From Schmidtea nova (lineage: Eukaryota), in assembly GCA_044892505.1 (NCBI GenBank), contig CM097882.1, positions 473,928,001-473,992,000 on the forward strand: a DNA stretch of 64,000 nucleotides, given 5' to 3'. Under the pieces are notes generated by a model. That model was not told where the DNA came from and did no database searches. It saw nothing but the letters and a program-made list of their open reading frames with translations. The translations under genes and the position numbers were made by a program. Positions 45,315-59,830 of the stretch are shown piece after piece (position 1 is the stretch's first letter; each line of letters opens with the position of its first letter).

Positions 45315-48300
45315 TGGGTTGTTGATCGTCAATATGACCTTGAAGTTGCTATGGCTCTCATCAACAACTCAACACATGAAACATTAGATTAACCATATTG
45401 TTGCCCGTCAGAATGTAACGTTGGTAATGCAACAAATGGGTGAGTATTCCAATCAGTGAGCGTCGAAAATTCGAAACTATGATTGAATATCTCCTGGGTC
45501 CAAGGGCTACCGATAAAAAGTTTCATGCCTATTTTGTCCCTTCTTTATTGATTTAACTGCAGATATCCATTTTAAATTGGCAAAAACGAAGTAATTTCAT
45601 CGTTAAAAACTTAATAATTTGTCCCAATCGATCATTAAACACGGTATACATCCAAATTCTCGGGAATTTTCGCACATTTACTTTATTCGTAAACTCATAC
45701 TCAAACATATCATCGCAAACTCAATTAGGGGATCGAATAATCTTTTACCAACACATATGTTAGGGGTATTTGATTTCCATTGATTTTAACTAAACTTTTA
45801 TTATTTTCCAGATTTTTTAAAATTTGTATATTTTTGTGTCAGTAAATTTAACTAAATTTTACTTATCCCCTATACCTAATGTCTATCTTGCTTTATATTT
45901 GTGATTTAATTTTTAATTAAAAATTTAACATCATAGCTTTTAAATTCTTGCCGCGGCCTTGACAACGGCAACGGTTACAGCTATTGTTAAAAGGAAAACT
46001 TGGGTTTTTTTTAAACCTTAAGATTTTTCTGTAGATAAAAGTGAGGAGATAAGGTATTTAATTTTACACTACAAAATTAGGTTTTTCCCCGCTCCCTTAC
46101 CCTTCGAAACGGTAGATTTCAAATTTTTAAAATATACTATATAAACTAATTTCTAAATTAAATGATTTTTATTGGTTAATTTACACTATTATATTTCATT
46201 TAAAATAATATTTCATTGATTTTTAGACGTTTATTTTTAGAAGTAGTGGAAAATTCGAATTTCCCTCAGAGCAAAAGAAAAACTTAATTTACAAGTAATT
46301 TGGTATTATTTCATTCTCCTATATAATGGTATCAATCCTATTTAGAGCAATCATTCCAATGAAGACACACTGCAGATCGAAACATATTACATTCAAATAA
46401 CCTACTCAATGAAATTCTTCCACTCTGGATTTTCAGTTGGCTCTGTTTACGGAATAAAATGATTTCAGAAAATTTTCATTCTAAGTCGATTTTCTCCACG
46501 GATCTCATTATTCACCATCTCGTTTATTATGGATTTTATTGTGATTTGATTTTCTATCTCAAAAATTTGAAAAAAAATGATCACAAATCTATTTCCCAGC
46601 TCGCATTCATGGCAACATGACAAGAAGCTTCACAGATGTGCAGTGGTTTTACGTCCGCAATGATTTTATATCTGCAATAACTTTATGAATAAAATGTCTT
46701 TCTTTGTTCCGACCAACAAAACTTGGAAGTAAATTTTTCCTGCAAAAAAAAAATTTGGCTTCGTTTATTTTTATAACTAAATAAATTCTTAAAGTAATGA
46801 TTTTATGATAATCTCTATGTATAAGTTATTAAAAGTACAAAATAAAACATTATGAATTTTAAAATTTTAATTCTCTCTAAAATATCAAAATTTATGTTGA
46901 AATTGTATGAACGGGTGATTCGAAATTCTAACGACCCTGTTTGCAGTTTATTCCCCATTTTGAACATACTATTAACTTATACTATAAATGGAAATAACGA
47001 CCTTGTAGTAACTTGATGATGATCTGATCATGGTACCATAATCTACCTTAGTATAATAACCTCATAAAACGGTTTCCAACGTTTCTATTTCGACTGTAAG
47101 GGGTGGAACTTAAAGAAACATTAGATTATTTTGACGATGGGTATTGTAGTTGCAAATGATTTGAAGTTTTGGGGAGTTATGATTGCCAATATTTGCTTTT
47201 GGTTATTGGGAATTACAGATTTTATGAATTTTCCGTCTGTTCATGAATGAATCGGTAGGGTTTAAAATAATAATGTGAAGATAGGAGTTCGTATGTGATT
47301 ATATGCAATTATATGTGTCTGTATGTTGAATTGAATGCTGGATGAAAACAAGTGAAATTTTCTGGATGTAAGGTGAAGACACATGTGGTTATATAAATTT
47401 CGGGTGTGTATTCTATGGGTTTTGATGCAGATAGGTACTATTGAGTGAAACGATATAGTAGGTGTGTTGATGAATGAATGGATTTTTATGTGGTGTTATA
47501 TGTGAATGTTACTAATGAATGAAATGGATGTAAGGTTTTGCAAATATGGATGCATTATGATTTTTGTGGTATCGTGGGGGGTACTTTATAAAATAATATA
47601 TATTTATATATAAAATATTTTTAGAATTAAAATAATAATAATGATTTTATAATACTTTCTACAAATTTTTTAATTTATAATTTTATAAAAGTTATATAAT
47701 AATAAAATTTCTAATTTTTATAATATTAATTTTTGAATTCTAATTTTTATATTTTAAGGATATATATACTAATTGTAAATTTTCTACGAAATTTCAAATT
47801 TGGAATTTTAAAAAATGATAAAATTTTTAATATAATAATAATATTTTTGATTTTCATGTGCTCCAATATAATTTTTGATTTAAAAATTTTTAGGAAAAAT
47901 GTTGATTAATAATTTTTTTCATTATAAATTTTTCGTAATATTGTATCTACAAAAGTAAATTTTTATTTTAATGATCAAATTTGAAATTCCATAAAATCCA
48001 CACAATAATAAAATTTTATCCAAAAATTTCGCAATCTAAATAAAAATTCAATCTAAAAAAATTTTATATATTAAATAAAAATTTTTACAAAAGTCTTCGG
48101 TTTAATGAAGTTCAAATAGATGGAATCAATTTTTATTCACCTGTTCGAAGCATTTCTAATAACCATTGAGCTGTTGTTTTCGAGCAAATCTTTGTAATTT
48201 TATATAATTCTATGAGGTTTAAATTTTTTATCAATCGACAATTATTCACTTCGTCTGTCATGATCTAAATAACTATATTGATCTTTGAGCATCTGTTTTT

Positions 48301-49076
48301 AACAATTTTCACAATTTCAACTTCCATTTGGATCATAAGTTCTGAGGAGATAAGAAGGTTTTTGCGAAAGCGAAGGCGAATAACGAGCTGTATGTTTTAT
48401 ACTAATAAATTTTATGGAAATAAAGATAACACTGGACGAATTGACGTTGATTTTCATCATGATATAAAATCTTAATTTATTGTATGTTGTAAAATATAAT
48501 TCAAATAAAAATACACTAATATAAATTGATGATCATTAATATGAAAACCTTGCCCTTGGCCAAGCCACTGTTCCCCAGTTGGGATGAAGTGATCATGGAT
48601 GTTTGGGCGTATCACCTGAATCGGAAATATTGGCTGATCGATTACGAATCGAACCATCGATCAGCTCAGACTACTTTCACCCGTACGGCTCAAAGCCTGA
48701 ACAGATGTCAGAGGTTATGGAAGTGGTTTTAATGAAATAAATAAAAACAATATTAATAATTTTACATCAAATTTTCATAATCCAAAATTTTACTTTTGAA
48801 TTATTCTAATTTGATTTAATTTGTTGCAATTTCGATCAAAATCATTTTCTTTTATATTTTAACGAATTTTTAAGATAAAATCGTAATCTTCCTTCTGCAA
48901 ACATGCTAATTTTCCACAACCGAGGTTTTATATCATGAATGCGTTCTCTACATGCATATTCCATATGTTTTTTTGTCTATTCTAGCTTTTTAGACGTGCT
49001 TCTTTTAACCATTTTGATTTTTCCTTGATGTTTTGATTAAGGGACTTTTGATTAAGGGACTTTTTTGATTAAAGGA

Positions 49077-49432
49077 CTTCTGCATTTCTAAAAATATTTT
49101 TTATTAAATTTTTAATATAATATTAAATTTACATTTCTCCTTGATTCTCTCCTATAAAATGGTATGGTTGATTTTGACAAATATTTTGAAATGTCTTTAT
49201 AAATCATTTTATTTTTTAATTTTAAATTTTCTTAATTAAATATTGTCAAATAATATTTGTCCTTGTTTGTATTTTTTATTATACGGTTTCTGTGTGTTGT
49301 GTATGCTATTTTGACTTAATTTACTTTTCTGGTCAAAAGCCCGTAAATTATGACTGTTCTTAATTTTGTCTTTATCTGCAGTAGGTGTTTTTTTCTATAT
49401 ATAATTTTAATTGTTATTATAGATAAACTTAA
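49077..49432. repeat. dispersed repeat, copy 1 (homologous to 61477-61852)
   Basis: Colinear blocks TTCTGCATTTCTAAAAATATTTTT...GCCCGTAA..TATGAC...TCTGCAGTAGGT...TATTATAGATA shared in direct orientation; probably a Tc1-like element end. Confidence 0.7.
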
Positions 49433-50039
49433 TTGTTGCCTACCACACCCTTAATTTTTGCTTTTTGGTGTAAAAAAGTTACAAATATCGTGAAAATACT
49501 GTCAAACATAGTAAAATTACATTAGAACAAACATAGGTGTAAATGAAAAACATTTTGTTCAATTAAAGCGGAGCCTTCTAAAATACAAACATTCTTTATG
49601 TATTTATTAAACTTGATTAAATCATTTCGTAACCTTATTTTATTTTTTCAAAAAAATTGCTTATAAGCTACAGATTTGTATTTATGTTGTCAACTTAATC
49701 AATTACCTGCAACCTTCGTATATAAATGATTTTTACATTAGAACTCATAACATGCTTTCTTCTCAGGATACTCTGTACTCCAATGTCCCTATCTCGTAGG
49801 CAAAATAAGCAATAAGAAGTATAAAATAAGGAAGCACTTAAACCGAACACGTTTGGTAAACAGTGCATTATCATTTGATTCTATTTTATTATGAAATTTA
49901 GAATTCTTTTATTGATATTAAAAATATTTTATAATTGAATAAAAAAAATTTCAAATGATAAAAATCGTATTGATAATTCTAGAACAAAAATAACCAACAA
50001 ATATAATTAAAAATATGATATTCAATAGATCTAGAAAAG

Positions 50040-50249
50040 TTAATGAAATCGAGACTTTAGACACAGCCTTTGATAAATCCTCGAGAGATTGTTTGAATTT
50101 GAATTCTTTAGGAAATTGAAAATCATTTTACAAACAATATATCTATCGATAATTCGGTTGGAGCTAGATATGTTGGTGATGGACGCAGCCGGACAAAAAG
50201 TGTTGCTGACAATGACAAATATTATTGCGAGTTTTAATAAGTAAAACAT
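50040..50249 (-). CDS. secreted peptide precursor (69 aa ending CLKSRFH), paralog of 15945-16182
   Basis: Signal peptide MFYLLKLAIIFVIVSNTFC; YxxC-x22-CLKSR[YF] shared with the first copy. Confidence 0.6.
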   Translation of the reverse strand: MFYLLKLAIIFVIVSNTFCPAASITNISSSNRIIDRYIVCKMIFNFLKNSNSNNLSRIYQRLCLKSRFH

Positions 50250-50879
50250 TGTTTAATATGACGTTTATTCAAGATGCGCGTCATCATAAATAACAGATGT
50301 TATTCTATATTTAGATTTATTTATACGGATGTTCTACGTTAACAATTTAGACTTTGAACCCGAATTATCTAATAAACAAATATTTGATCGTTAATGAATA
50401 CAAATAAACTTATTAAAATTCCAAAGTCAGATTCATAAAATTCTTTTGGTATAAAACTTTAACATTATTTTCTAAAAATTAAGTAAGCTTCAAATTAAGT
50501 AAATCTATATATGCATCTATTTTCGGAAAAATGAAAGATGAATTAAAATTGTTAAACTTATAAGTTAATAATATTGTTAGAGTTCAAAATTATATATAAT
50601 TCACATATTAGAAAACAATATAATAAGAAATATAATAATAACTCATTTCAAAATTTTAATCAATCTATAGATTTCAAACTAAGTTTAACTTAAAACAAAT
50701 AAATAAAATATATTAATTATAAAATAACAGAATTATAAATACAATTTATGAAATGTTTAATCAAACTTATTTTTTGAAATACTTTTATTTCAATAAATTA
50801 TATTTAATAAAGCAAATATAATCTGATAATATCTATCAAACTATTTTTAAATGGTCGATAATTCTTCTTTTCTTAAAAT

Positions 50880-52060
50880 CTTTGTTACTTATTCAACTAA
50901 GGTTTCCGGGATATGTATGTTTTTAGAAAACATGTTCTCTTTTGTTTTTATCTTTTAGGGTTTTGTGTTATCCTATCTACAGTGACTATATGCCTTAAAA
51001 ATAGCGCCGAAGGTTCCGACCATTTACATTTAGTGAATTTAATTTTTATTTTAGCCTTTCTCAATCTTTCAAGTATATTTGTTATATAAAATGCACCATG
51101 TTGTACATCTACTAATATCGTCTTCATTAAAAGTTATAATGTAGCTAGTGCATTAGTCAATCCGAAGGGTAGTCTCATATATTCGTATAAACCGTCTTCA
51201 ATCACAAATGATGTCTTTTCCGCATCCCCTCCTCCGTTTGAATTTCTATATACCACTTATTCTCTAAGTACTTATTATCCCTAAGTTTGTCATATTATTC
51301 TTGTGGTTTTGGAAATGGATATGAATCTTTTATTGTAACATCGTTCAGCTTACGGTTGTTATACACATTCTTATTTCACCGTCTTTCATTTTAATGGGTA
51401 CAATGGTTGATGACTATTTAAAAAATTTATTTGATTACGCCTGTCTCATTTAATTCTTTACTTTGTCGCTTTATTTTTTCTTTTAGCTTATATGGTACCC
51501 CCCATAAGGTCTTTGTTTTATTAATCTCACATTACTTGTATCTATTACATGGTTAATGATATCAGTATCTCCTAGATCAAACTCGTTGTTTGTAATTACA
51601 TTATGTAATTGCATTTGTTGTGTTGTATTTAGGTAGTTTTTATTGATTTTTACTTTATCAAAGAGTTTAATAATATTTTTCTGACTAGATTCAACAACTT
51701 GTCCACAGCCATCCCCCAATACGGATGTTTCATATATTTCATATGTTTTCTATAACTCACTTTTAAAAAGCTTTCCAATTTTGTACCTTTATGAATTTTG
51801 ACATTATTGTTTTCGTAGTTTGCTATTATTATCAGAATCATCTAATTATTTGAAACTACACATTCATCTTTTAATATTACATTATGACCTTTTGTGATTA
51901 TCGTATCTGGCTCAAAAGTGAAAGTGCCCTCACTCTTGATATTATCTTTTACAGAATTTATGTTATCGCATTCATATTCGAATTCGAATGATTCTAATAC
52001 AACCACCTTTGAAATGCAATAGAACCTAACCTTGACCCTGACCATAACCCTTAACACTTA
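50880..52060 (-). pseudogene. decayed Gypsy pol fragment (post-protease region and RT)
   Basis: IANYENNNVKIHKGTKL, FDLGDTDIINHVIDT..IKQRPY, DAEKTSFVIEDGLYEYMRLPFGLTNALAT, KCKWSE. Confidence 0.8.
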
Positions 52061-52545
52061 TTTGTTTTCTTATATATTTTATATAATAGTTCTATAAATA
52101 TTTTCCATTTCTAACAACCCTATCTTCAACAATTATATTTGTAATTTGTTCGTCATGTTTAAAAATTGAAGTTCAAATCAAAACGGTTGCAAAAATATGA
52201 TTTTGTAAAGGCCTTGATATTGCATTCCGTCCTTATGTTTTCTCTGTGTTTCTTTACTAATTAATTCTTGTTAATAACCGATGCCATGACATCAGTGGTA
52301 ATTGACACCAGAACTTCAAAAAAATTTAGTTATGTGATGGATTGTCGGTTGGTAACTGACATTGGATTTCTATGATAAAGGATGTTTTTTTACAGTCATC
52401 AGATAAGATTCTTTCATAATTATCCCACAAGATTACAAGTCAATGTCGTTCTGTATATATGAGGTTGATAGACTATTTCAAACAGTGATGAAACTTATCA
52501 AACTTTGCGCCTGAACATATTAATTAATTGTTGGTGACTATTGAA

Positions 52546-53029
52546 CAGAGGCGTAACTAGGGCATGGTAGGCATGGCACGTGCCAAGGGCGCCAACTGAA
52601 GGGGCGCGAAAAAGCGCATAACGTATAAATACGCAAATGAAAATAAAAAAATATCTTTATAAATATAAATATGTGTGGTAAAATCGCGGTTTCTATTGCC
52701 AGTTGCGAAATATCATTTAGCAAATTAAAATTGATACTTTCATACTTGAGAGCCTTGATGGACAAAAGTCGATTATGTGATCCTGCTTTACTTGGCATAG
52801 AACGAGAAATGACCGAAGAAATATACTTTGATGATATAATTAAACAATTTGCGTCAGCTAAAGCAAGAAAGATAAATTTGTAATAAAGTTTTAATAGATT
52901 TAACTTGCGCGCTTTTTTTACCCAATTCTAAAGTAGTTTTTAGAAAATAAAACGTAAGTAACCTATCGTCGGGGAGGGGCGCAAGAGCGGTGTTTGCCAT
53001 AGGCGCCATTTACCCTAGGTACGCCACTG
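52546..53029 (+). mobile_element. 484-bp non-autonomous hAT deletion derivative
   Basis: TIRs CAG(A/T)GGCGTA(A/C)CTAGGG (15/17), perfect 8-bp TSD CTATTGAA (52538-52545, 53030-53037), internal dimerisation-domain remnant SIASCEISFSKLKLILSYLR...FASAKARK. Confidence 0.93.
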
Positions 53030-54716
53030 CTATTGAAAGTACCTTTATGCTTTACCTTACCTTAACCGGTATCGGTCTTAAGCTTATGCGTGTTTCCAAT
53101 TTACTTTTCAATATAAAACTCGTTGACAGTTTATTTGTATCTCAATTATGCTGAATCACTATCCAGTGTTTACACCTACATTTCCTGTTAACTCGAATCT
53201 TCCGAAATTTAGAGCAGCGTTCCGTTTTTATTTATATATAATGATTCAAAATTTTCTAAGTTATTTTAATTGTTTAAATATTTTGTTCAGGGATCTCCCA
53301 TTATTTCCAGGCAGGAATACCCTGATTCCACATTCTTAATAGATTCCAGAACTTATAAATACTATCCTATTAAGGATAGGCGGACTTGATAAGGATAAAA
53401 ATTCTTATAGTAACTCCATTTATCCCAATCACAAGATTTTAGACACAAATCGATTAGGCCTTAAGACTATTCCGAAAACTGTAAAAAGCATATAGCGAGA
53501 GTCCAAGTTTTTGGCAAAATGAACTCAAGAAGAAAATTTCAAGGGATTTTTAGAACTTCAACCCTTCCGATTCCTATTCATATTTTTGGGAGTAATTTTA
53601 CCCGAATAGAGATCATGTGAGTCTAAACTTTATCAAAGAAAATTAAAATGAAACAACAAAAATTTATTGACAAAAATGTTTTGCTTTCAATTACAATTAC
53701 ACAAAAATAAAAGAAATTCTTGATTTCACTGATTTCAAATAAAAATTTCAGTTCTGAATAATAAGGAAACTTGGCTGTGACAACGAAGTTTAATGAATAA
53801 TTTCATTGTCGAATTTATATTAAATTTGAGTGAGACGCACGTATTTCACAATGAGATTTCATGTTAGGTGTGCTCAGTTTCTCTCGCAGGCATTGGGAGT
53901 TATACCGGAAAATTCACAGAATTTTAGAATTGGCATCACAACTTTACACATGAATTATTTTTGTATCGATAGATATTTAATTTATTTTAATTTTAATTAA
54001 TTTATTTTTTTCAAAAATGTTTGTTAACTTAATTGCAATAACACGATATCTCCGTCATGGTTTCCTGTTTTTATCGAAAATTAAATAACAAATCAAAACA
54101 ATCAGATTAAATTTATTTCAATTTTTAGATTCTTTTCCTGAAATTTTACTGATATTTTTATGTGGATTTTATCTATTATACTAATTAAATTATTCTCTGT
54201 TTTTTATTTAGTTTTATTCTTTCGTATTTTAATTTGAATATAATATTTCCACATAAATCTGCTTGCTGTCCTTCGTATGTAAATTCGACCAGCAATACAA
54301 GTGTGCTCTTCTTTTACAATGTTTTTCTTTATCGTTTTTCTACATGACAGCATCACAAAACGCAGTTTTTATGTTCCTACTATGTTGAGGCTTGTAATCT
54401 CTTGCAATTTAATATTTTATTTATTCGTGATTAATAAACCTCACAAATTACTTAATGCATTTTCGTGAATTTTAAATTAACTTCTTGTGGTGCTTGTGTA
54501 TTTTCAATGCATTTAAACAAATCAAAAATTTCACTTCTGCCAACCCAAAATCTGTTACTAAAAGTATTTTATGTTACTTTTGTTTTTCTGATTCTATGGC
54601 TACCTATAGAATAATTTAAGCCTTGCGTGTATCTTTTATTTTCAATTTTCCACTATTTACCGGTTGTTTTGCTTTAATTCAGGATTTTCAAAGATTTACA
54701 CAGTAGACAGATGTCT

Positions 54717-54970
54717 GCACACCAGAACAGAGACATGACGTCATCGACGAGTCATAGCCAATACAAATCAATAGACCTCCCGAGCGGGTACTTTTTTGTA
54801 CACCCCCCTATTTTATTTTCAAACACATAATGAATCATCAAATAATGAATTATCATAATAATGAATTATCATAATAATTTATCATAATAATGAATTATCA
54901 AACAACGAAATCATCTTAAGGTCAAGGTCACATTAAGGTCGAGGTACACATAAGGTAAAGGCAAAACTTT
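54717..54970. repeat. regulatory-like block homologous to 62105-62320, with 15-bp ATAATGAATTATCAT repeats
   Basis: Shares GCAC..CAGAACA..ATGACGTCATCGA(C/T)GAGTCAT and downstream AAGGTCAA repeats with 62105-62320. Confidence 0.55.
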
Positions 54971-56030
54971 TTAAAAACTTAATTTTTTCAAAAACTTAAA
55001 AATTTACAAAACTTTAAAAAATTTAAATTCTTTCAAATACTTTAAAAAATATGAAAAACTTTAACAAATTCAAAAATTCAAAAACTCAAGAATTTATTAT
55101 AAACATGTATTAAAACACATTAAGCGATTCTAGCACTGTTGATTTTCCAAATCGGAGACACTTATTTTTTGGATCTACTTTATAGCCTTGAATCGATATA
55201 TCTATAATTCAATTTTCATTATCCATAAATTCAACGGATTGAAATGAGTCATGAAAGTAAGCTTTCTTGTTGTTGATAAATTTTGTTTCATTTCAAGATA
55301 ATTTCTATTTGATTTTCATCAACACTTTATTGATTGCACCGACATCTTCTTTATAAAGCTGACCGATTAAGTTTGAATATTGCGAGATTGTCATATTTGC
55401 TGGATATAAGCACTTGAATGGGATTTCATTTACCAAGAAAATTATTTGGAAATCGTGAAACATTCTAACCGGTATGAAATCATTTTTTGTTTGAGTTGAT
55501 TTGGTTTCGTTCTTAACTGGTTTCATTTTAACTGAATATTTAATTGGACTCGATTTGCTGAAAAGATTTTGCGTTTTATGACTAATACTAATTTTGTTAG
55601 GTTATTTATACTAGTCATCGTCTGTTTGCAGCCAATCAGCTTCACGCACTTGTATTGCACATGACATGCTTGTGTATTGCAACTCGATTTCAATTGTTGT
55701 GCATGTACGAAAGTTAATAACCTTTTATGTGTGTGAATATATGAGTAATATTATACATTTGTATTGCCACTTGTTTGCATATCTACTGCAAATTGATTAT
55801 TACTATAACTTTAATTATTATCTTTTATAATTATTACTGATTCTTAAAAATATTTATTAAACAAAAAATATATTTAACAACTAATAAACTAAGAAAATAT
55901 AAAAAAACAAGTCATTTATCATGATTCATTACAACTTGATTGCACATTGCTCAATTAGAAATTGATAAAAAATGACCTACAACTAATAATAAAGTTTTAA
56001 AACTATCAAGACAAATTCACTAAGACAAAT

Positions 56031-56624
56031 TCACACAACAAATTCACTAAGTGATGTTGATAAATTTCTTTTTTCATCTTTACCCAAATTTGGAAACCTA
56101 TTTATAATATATTTATTCTTAACATCTGATGCAAGCCAGAATTTAATACCAAATTTATCGGGTTTATTTGGCATATATTGCGTAAATCTACATCTAGCTT
56201 TAGTGGGAAATAGTTGTTCATCAATTGTAATATTCGCATTTGGTTTATAGCAATTTTGGCGATTTTCAATAAACATATCCCACACTGTTGATATCATAGC
56301 AAATTTATCCGTTTGTAAGTGTTTATGTCCAGTTTTTTATCAAATCGAATGAATCTTAAAATATCCGTAAACTATTTTCTAGCCATGGTTGATGAAAAAA
56401 AGGTTGATACAAATTTCTTATTCCATAAATATGAAAGGTTCAAATATTTTGCTTCCTATGCCTCTCGTGCACACAGTATTTGCAATGAAAGCCTTGATTT
56501 TTGTTTTCGCGAGGCTCCATTCCCCCACTCCTTGGTAAGACTCTAACTCTGTGCAAGTTATTATATGCTTTATAATACGATCGTCAATTATCAATGAAAA
56601 TGCACTACTAACTCTAACTTTCAT
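56031..56624 (-). pseudogene. piggyBac transposase remnant (PGBD4-like)
   Basis: ITIDEQLFPTKARCRFTQYMPNKPDKFGIKFW; TDKFAMISTVWD. Confidence 0.85.
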
Positions 56625-57059
56625 AATATTTCTTTTTGCAAAACCTGTTACAACTGTTGAGTTTGATTTTGTACATTAACATTAAGTGCTGCTCGATGTT
56701 GATAATTCATTTGGTGAACATTCAATTATGCATTGACAAAGGTATTATTCACCATAATAGATGGTGCTCGCTGATGTCTTGCTTGGACTGACGCCCCTGG
56801 AATCGTTCCACCGGAATTATTGGTAGCAGAGATCCGTTGTGTAGGCTCGTTGTTGGTAGTATCAATGGGCAATTGTTGATTAGGATATGATTGATATTGT
56901 CAAAACACAATCTCATGGAAATCAGGAAACTGATGCTGATGCTGAGAAATTTGATTCGGTTGAATATGGTATGTAATAAAATTGTTGGGCTGCTTATTAA
57001 CTATTGATTGAGGGGCATAGATTTTTTATGTGACTGAATCATCGGATTAAGAAGAATAA

Positions 57060-59830
57060 AGACACTCACAGAATATTTACCACATGTCAGAACTAGTGAT
57101 ATTCCTATAAAACTGATATGCCTATAAAACTGTGTGATATTCCAACTTTTGAACGTAAATATCCTGGTTTGGTAATCAATGTGTTAACTTATAATGATAA
57201 TCAGTTATCAGATATGAATAATGTTGTAATGAAACAACCACATTTGAATATAATTCATCGATCAAAAGTCATAGACGGCAAGCAGATTTACTTATTAATG
57301 TTAGAAAATACAGATCAATTTCATTATACTGCAGTAATCAACATCGATCGTTTGATGAATTGTCATAAAAGCACAAACTGTAGTGTTCAGATTTGTTGCA
57401 AGTAGTGTATAAATGGCTTGAATGGATACAGAAAGAAAAAAAGTTTTTCAAAAGCATCAAGCACTGTGCAAGAAAAATCAATCGGAATCAACTTTATATA
57501 CTATGTCAACAGATAAAAACTTGGAATTAAAAAACTGGTCAAAGATTATAACACCCTAATTTGTTATTTATGTAGATTTTGAGTAGATTTTATTCAAAGA
57601 TGACACTTATTTTTAAAGAAATTTACCAATTCCAGCCGGACTCTTATTAATCAACAATTTTAATTGAATATCAATTTATTATCAATTTTTAGGTGATGAT
57701 TTTGTTTATTAATTTTTTAAGAAAGTAAAAATTATAGCAACAAAAATTGCTTGTCCATATTACATCAAAAAAGGTAGAAATTGAATGTCACCACTTTCTC
57801 TAGATGAAAAGCAATAATTTGAAAATTCAAAAATTTGCTACTTGTGCAAGAAACAGATAATAGAAAAGGTCAGAGATCACGATCATTTAACAAGAAAATT
57901 ATTCGGGTTCCATATGTAATAAATGTAATATGTCAAGAAAAATCAATGAAATTTTGTCCGTTGCGTTTAATAATTTGAGGGGTTATAATTTACACCATAT
58001 CCTTAAGCATAGGTTAAATCGTTTTCCGGATTGGAATTTAATCTGTATTCATCTTAAAACTGAAAAATTTCTATCATTTATTGCATACATTGGTGGAATT
58101 TCAATAAAATTTATTGACTCTTATCAGTTTGTCAATGAATCTTTAGCTAAAGCCATCAAAACATTGAACCACTTACCCATTACAAAATCAGAATTTAATG
58201 GAATTATAGTAGAATCAAAAGGAATATTTCAATATAACTTTGCCACTAGTCAAGAAGTTATGGAAACAACAACACAATTACCCCCAATCTGGGATAGTGT
58301 TTCAAAAAAAGAATATGAAAAGGCCCAACATATATAAGAAGAAACATACTGTGAAATATTGATGGATTATCAGTTAATTTATTTGAAACTTAACGTGTTT
58401 CTATTGGCTGATTTCTTCCAACAATTTTAAGCCAATTCCATAGCTCATAATCGATTGAAACAATTAAACTTTTATGGAATTCTTGGAATGTATTCGGCAT
58501 CATCACTTATGACTTTAGATGAAACAATTTAACTGATACAAGAAATGGAAATGTTTAACTTTTATGAAGGCGGAACCCGTGGTGGTCTTTCATTTGTGAA
58601 CAAGCATTATGTTAAATCAGATGCAAATACAAAGTTATTGTACATATATATTAATAACCTTTATGGATCCGCTTTAAGTAAAGCTTGCCGTGGAGACTTT
58701 AGTTGGATTTATTCAGATTTAGATAAAATCTAAGAAGAATGCAAGAATTTAGAATTAGAAACGCTTCCGAATGGCTATACAGTAGAAGTTTATTTAGAGA
58801 TCTTTTCAGAAATTCATGATTTATTGGATGATCTACATGTAGCATCTTAAAAGATGTGTGCTCTAGGATCTAAAGTAGAAAAGTTAATGCTGACACACTA
58901 TCCGAAGTAAAAAATTATGTAATTCATTGGCGGTTTCTTCAAATGTAATATCAATATACATAGAGCTGTTAAATTTAAACAGGCTGCTATTTTCAAGAAG
59001 TATATTGATACAAATACTAAGCTAAGAGCTGAGTCGAATAATAGTCTCGATAAAAATTATTATAAGCTTTTGAATTATAGTCTGTACGGAAAAACAGTCA
59101 AAAATTTGAAGAAAAGAATGAATTTGAGACAATATAATACTGACCAGAAAAAGGTAACATATGCTTCTAAGCCAACTTTTCAAAGAAGTATAAAGATTGA
59201 TGATGATTCAATAGTTGTCTTAGTAAATAAAGACTATATTTGTTTGTTTAGACCCAGCTATATAGGTCAATCGATTTTGGATTTATCGAAACTTCGGATG
59301 TATCATATACAATATCTGGAGTCAGCTAAATATCGAGCACAATTTGGTTGCGAAAAAAATATTATACTGGGGATACCTATAGTTTTTTTGCAATGTAAAA
59401 TGTAAAATTAGATACATTATTACTGGCAATGGTTAATGACAATCTCTTGGATACGTCTAATTATCCTTCAGAACATCCAATCTTTTCCAGGAAATTAGAT
59501 GTAGCTATCGGAAAATTCAAGGATGAAAGTAAAGGCGATGCATATAAAGAATAGATCTTTTTCAAACCAAAATGTTACAGTTGTTCAGTGGAAAAGAGAC
59601 CTTAAAAGCTAAAAGAAAAACATTGAAGGGTACTGACATCAAACATCAGTCGTATCTAGATTGTTATAATAACACAGAAGGTTTATAGCATCACAATGTC
59701 GAATTGGTACACAAAATAATAAATAATTAAGTTTCCAGCAGTCGCAAGTTGCTTTAACAAATAAAAAAATAAAATAAATTGGATTGAAAAGTATAAAAAT
59801 CACACATATGGACACTACGGCGATGAGAAA
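57060..59830 (+). pseudogene. fragmented protein-primed family B DNA polymerase (Polinton/Maverick-type) with endonuclease-VII-like motif
   Basis: FERKYPGLVINV, HYTAVI, KVRDHDHLT, FNNLRGYNLH, FIDSYQF, KGIFQY, EGGTRGGLS, YINNLYGSA, NYSLYGKT, PSYIGQSILDLSKLRMY, GKFKDESKG, HTYGHY; many stops and frameshifts. Confidence 0.85.

Noticed and set aside
47050-47580. Decayed C2H2 zinc-finger array on the minus strand
   Set aside because: Only scattered KPY-like words; no intact C-x2-C...H-x3-H units.
48278-48732. Short ORFs as secreted-peptide or lectin exons
   Set aside because: No convincing motif or consistent splice chain.
56821-56831. tRNA-iMet PBS-like TGGTAGCAGAG
   Set aside because: No LTR end (CA) before it and no gag after it on that strand; likely chance.
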